Positions 62,823 through 64,000 of a DNA stretch of 64,000 nt are shown here, piece after piece (the first letter of the stretch is position 1; the number at the start of each line of letters is the position of its first letter). The DNA comes from Tubiluchus corallicola. Lineage: Eukaryota; Animalia; Priapulida. The stretch is taken from NCBI GenBank assembly GCA_030141605.1, contig JAQGDQ010000641.1, positions 20,731-84,730 on the forward strand, in the 5' to 3' direction. Both the position numbers and the translations under genes were made by a program. A model generated the notes under the pieces. That model searched no databases. It was not told the DNA's origin and worked only from the letters and a program-made list of their open reading frames with translations.

Positions 62823-63262
62823 CCCTTTCAGTCCCAAATTATTTTTTAAAAGGAAAAAATTTTTTGGCTTGGAACTTTTGTTCCCAATGCATCCTGTTGG
62901 ATACACAACATTCTTTGTCATGTGCAAAAAAAACAAAGTCCGGCTTTTTTAAAAACACAACAAAAGCAAAAAATGTGCTTCATTTTGCAACTGCTGATGA
63001 TTTTTTAAAGTATTCAAGACATTTAGTATGTATGCTATGCTGATCTGTACAAAGTCGTCTCTAAAGTACTGTACCTTGCACAGTTTTTTATGCTATGTAG
63101 ATTTTCTAGTTTACCAATTTTATCACCATTTTTAGTCTATTGTCATTAGCTTATATCAAAATAACTATTAACAGATCAAATAACTGTCAGTTTTAAAATT
63201 TTATTAATTCTAAAGGCAGAAAATATTCTCGTATCCCACGGGATACAACGGGTATGAAAGGG
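62823..63262. mobile_element. piggyBac-like MITE (reverse orientation)
   Basis: TTAA|CCCTTTCA...TGAAAGGG|TTAA. Confidence 0.85.
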
Positions 63263-64000
63263 TTAAACTACGTAAAAGTTCAAACTCATGGATATTACTG
63301 ACAAGAGAAAATGAGGCACTTAACATGAAAAACAACTAAAAATATCAAGAAAAATGTGTTAACATTGCTTGCTTTTTTTGTTGTTGCATTCATGACTTGT
63401 TCAGTTGTTGTTTTAATATTTAATTGCATTATTTGCTTGCTGTTTTTCATTGGTACAATTATAATATAACTGCTTTGCGTTTGTTTATTTGCTACACTTA
63501 AGACCTAATCACGTATTTATTCACTTAACTATGTATTCTGCCGTGCTTTATAATATTTCAAAGTTATATAGGGGTGGCTGACTCGATGACCTCCTGGTCT
63601 TTCGCCACCCCATCTCTACATACTTTACATAATTTGTTGTATTTGCGCTATAAATATTATGTTAGAGATGAATAAACTTTGAATTTGAATGAACGGAATG
63701 AATAACACAGTTCCTAAATACAGCATTACAAACATACAACGACCAAGATAATATACTGACCCAAATTTTGCCTGTAGCATTAATTTTTGAAAGCCCCTTT
63801 AATGAAGACTTTCCCCGTGGGTGTAGACATTTCAAAGTTACATAATATATTTATTATTACATATAACTCTTATGTATAGAGCATGGTAGTCATTTGGTAG
63901 GTCATTTGCCTAGATAAAAAGCAAAGTTTTTAAAAAGCAAAATGCAATTAACATTTCTTAACACGTGCCTTTTCAAACTAAAGAATTTGCTTTGCCTGTA

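Overview
AT-rich, intron-containing invertebrate (metazoan) genomic DNA; the species cannot be determined from the sequence. Three spliced protein-coding genes were reconstructed by hand with GT-AG boundaries and consistent phases. (1) The 5' part of ASZ1/GASZ, an ankyrin-repeat piRNA factor: minus strand, 5 exons, 29454->5886, continuing off the left edge. (2) A complete NDUFA12 (complex I B17.2): plus strand, 4 exons, 29554-33646, head-to-head with ASZ1, with only 99 bp between the two start codons. (3) The 3' part of the DSTYK kinase: minus strand, 12 exons, 59702->40655, with its 5' exons apparently beyond the right edge. Introns are packed with non-autonomous DNA transposons (hAT/Buster-like with 8-bp TSD, a CAGGG-ended family with 6-bp TSD, pogo/Tigger-, piggyBac-, Kolobok- and Ginger-like), LINE 3' remnants, a 5S rRNA fragment, a decayed nested coiled-coil ORF and about 18 unrelated minisatellites covering roughly a fifth of the window. 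The most unusual observation is that three arrays each amplify an exon's own 5' splice site, one of them in frame. Most long ORFs in the supplied track are artefacts of these repeats.
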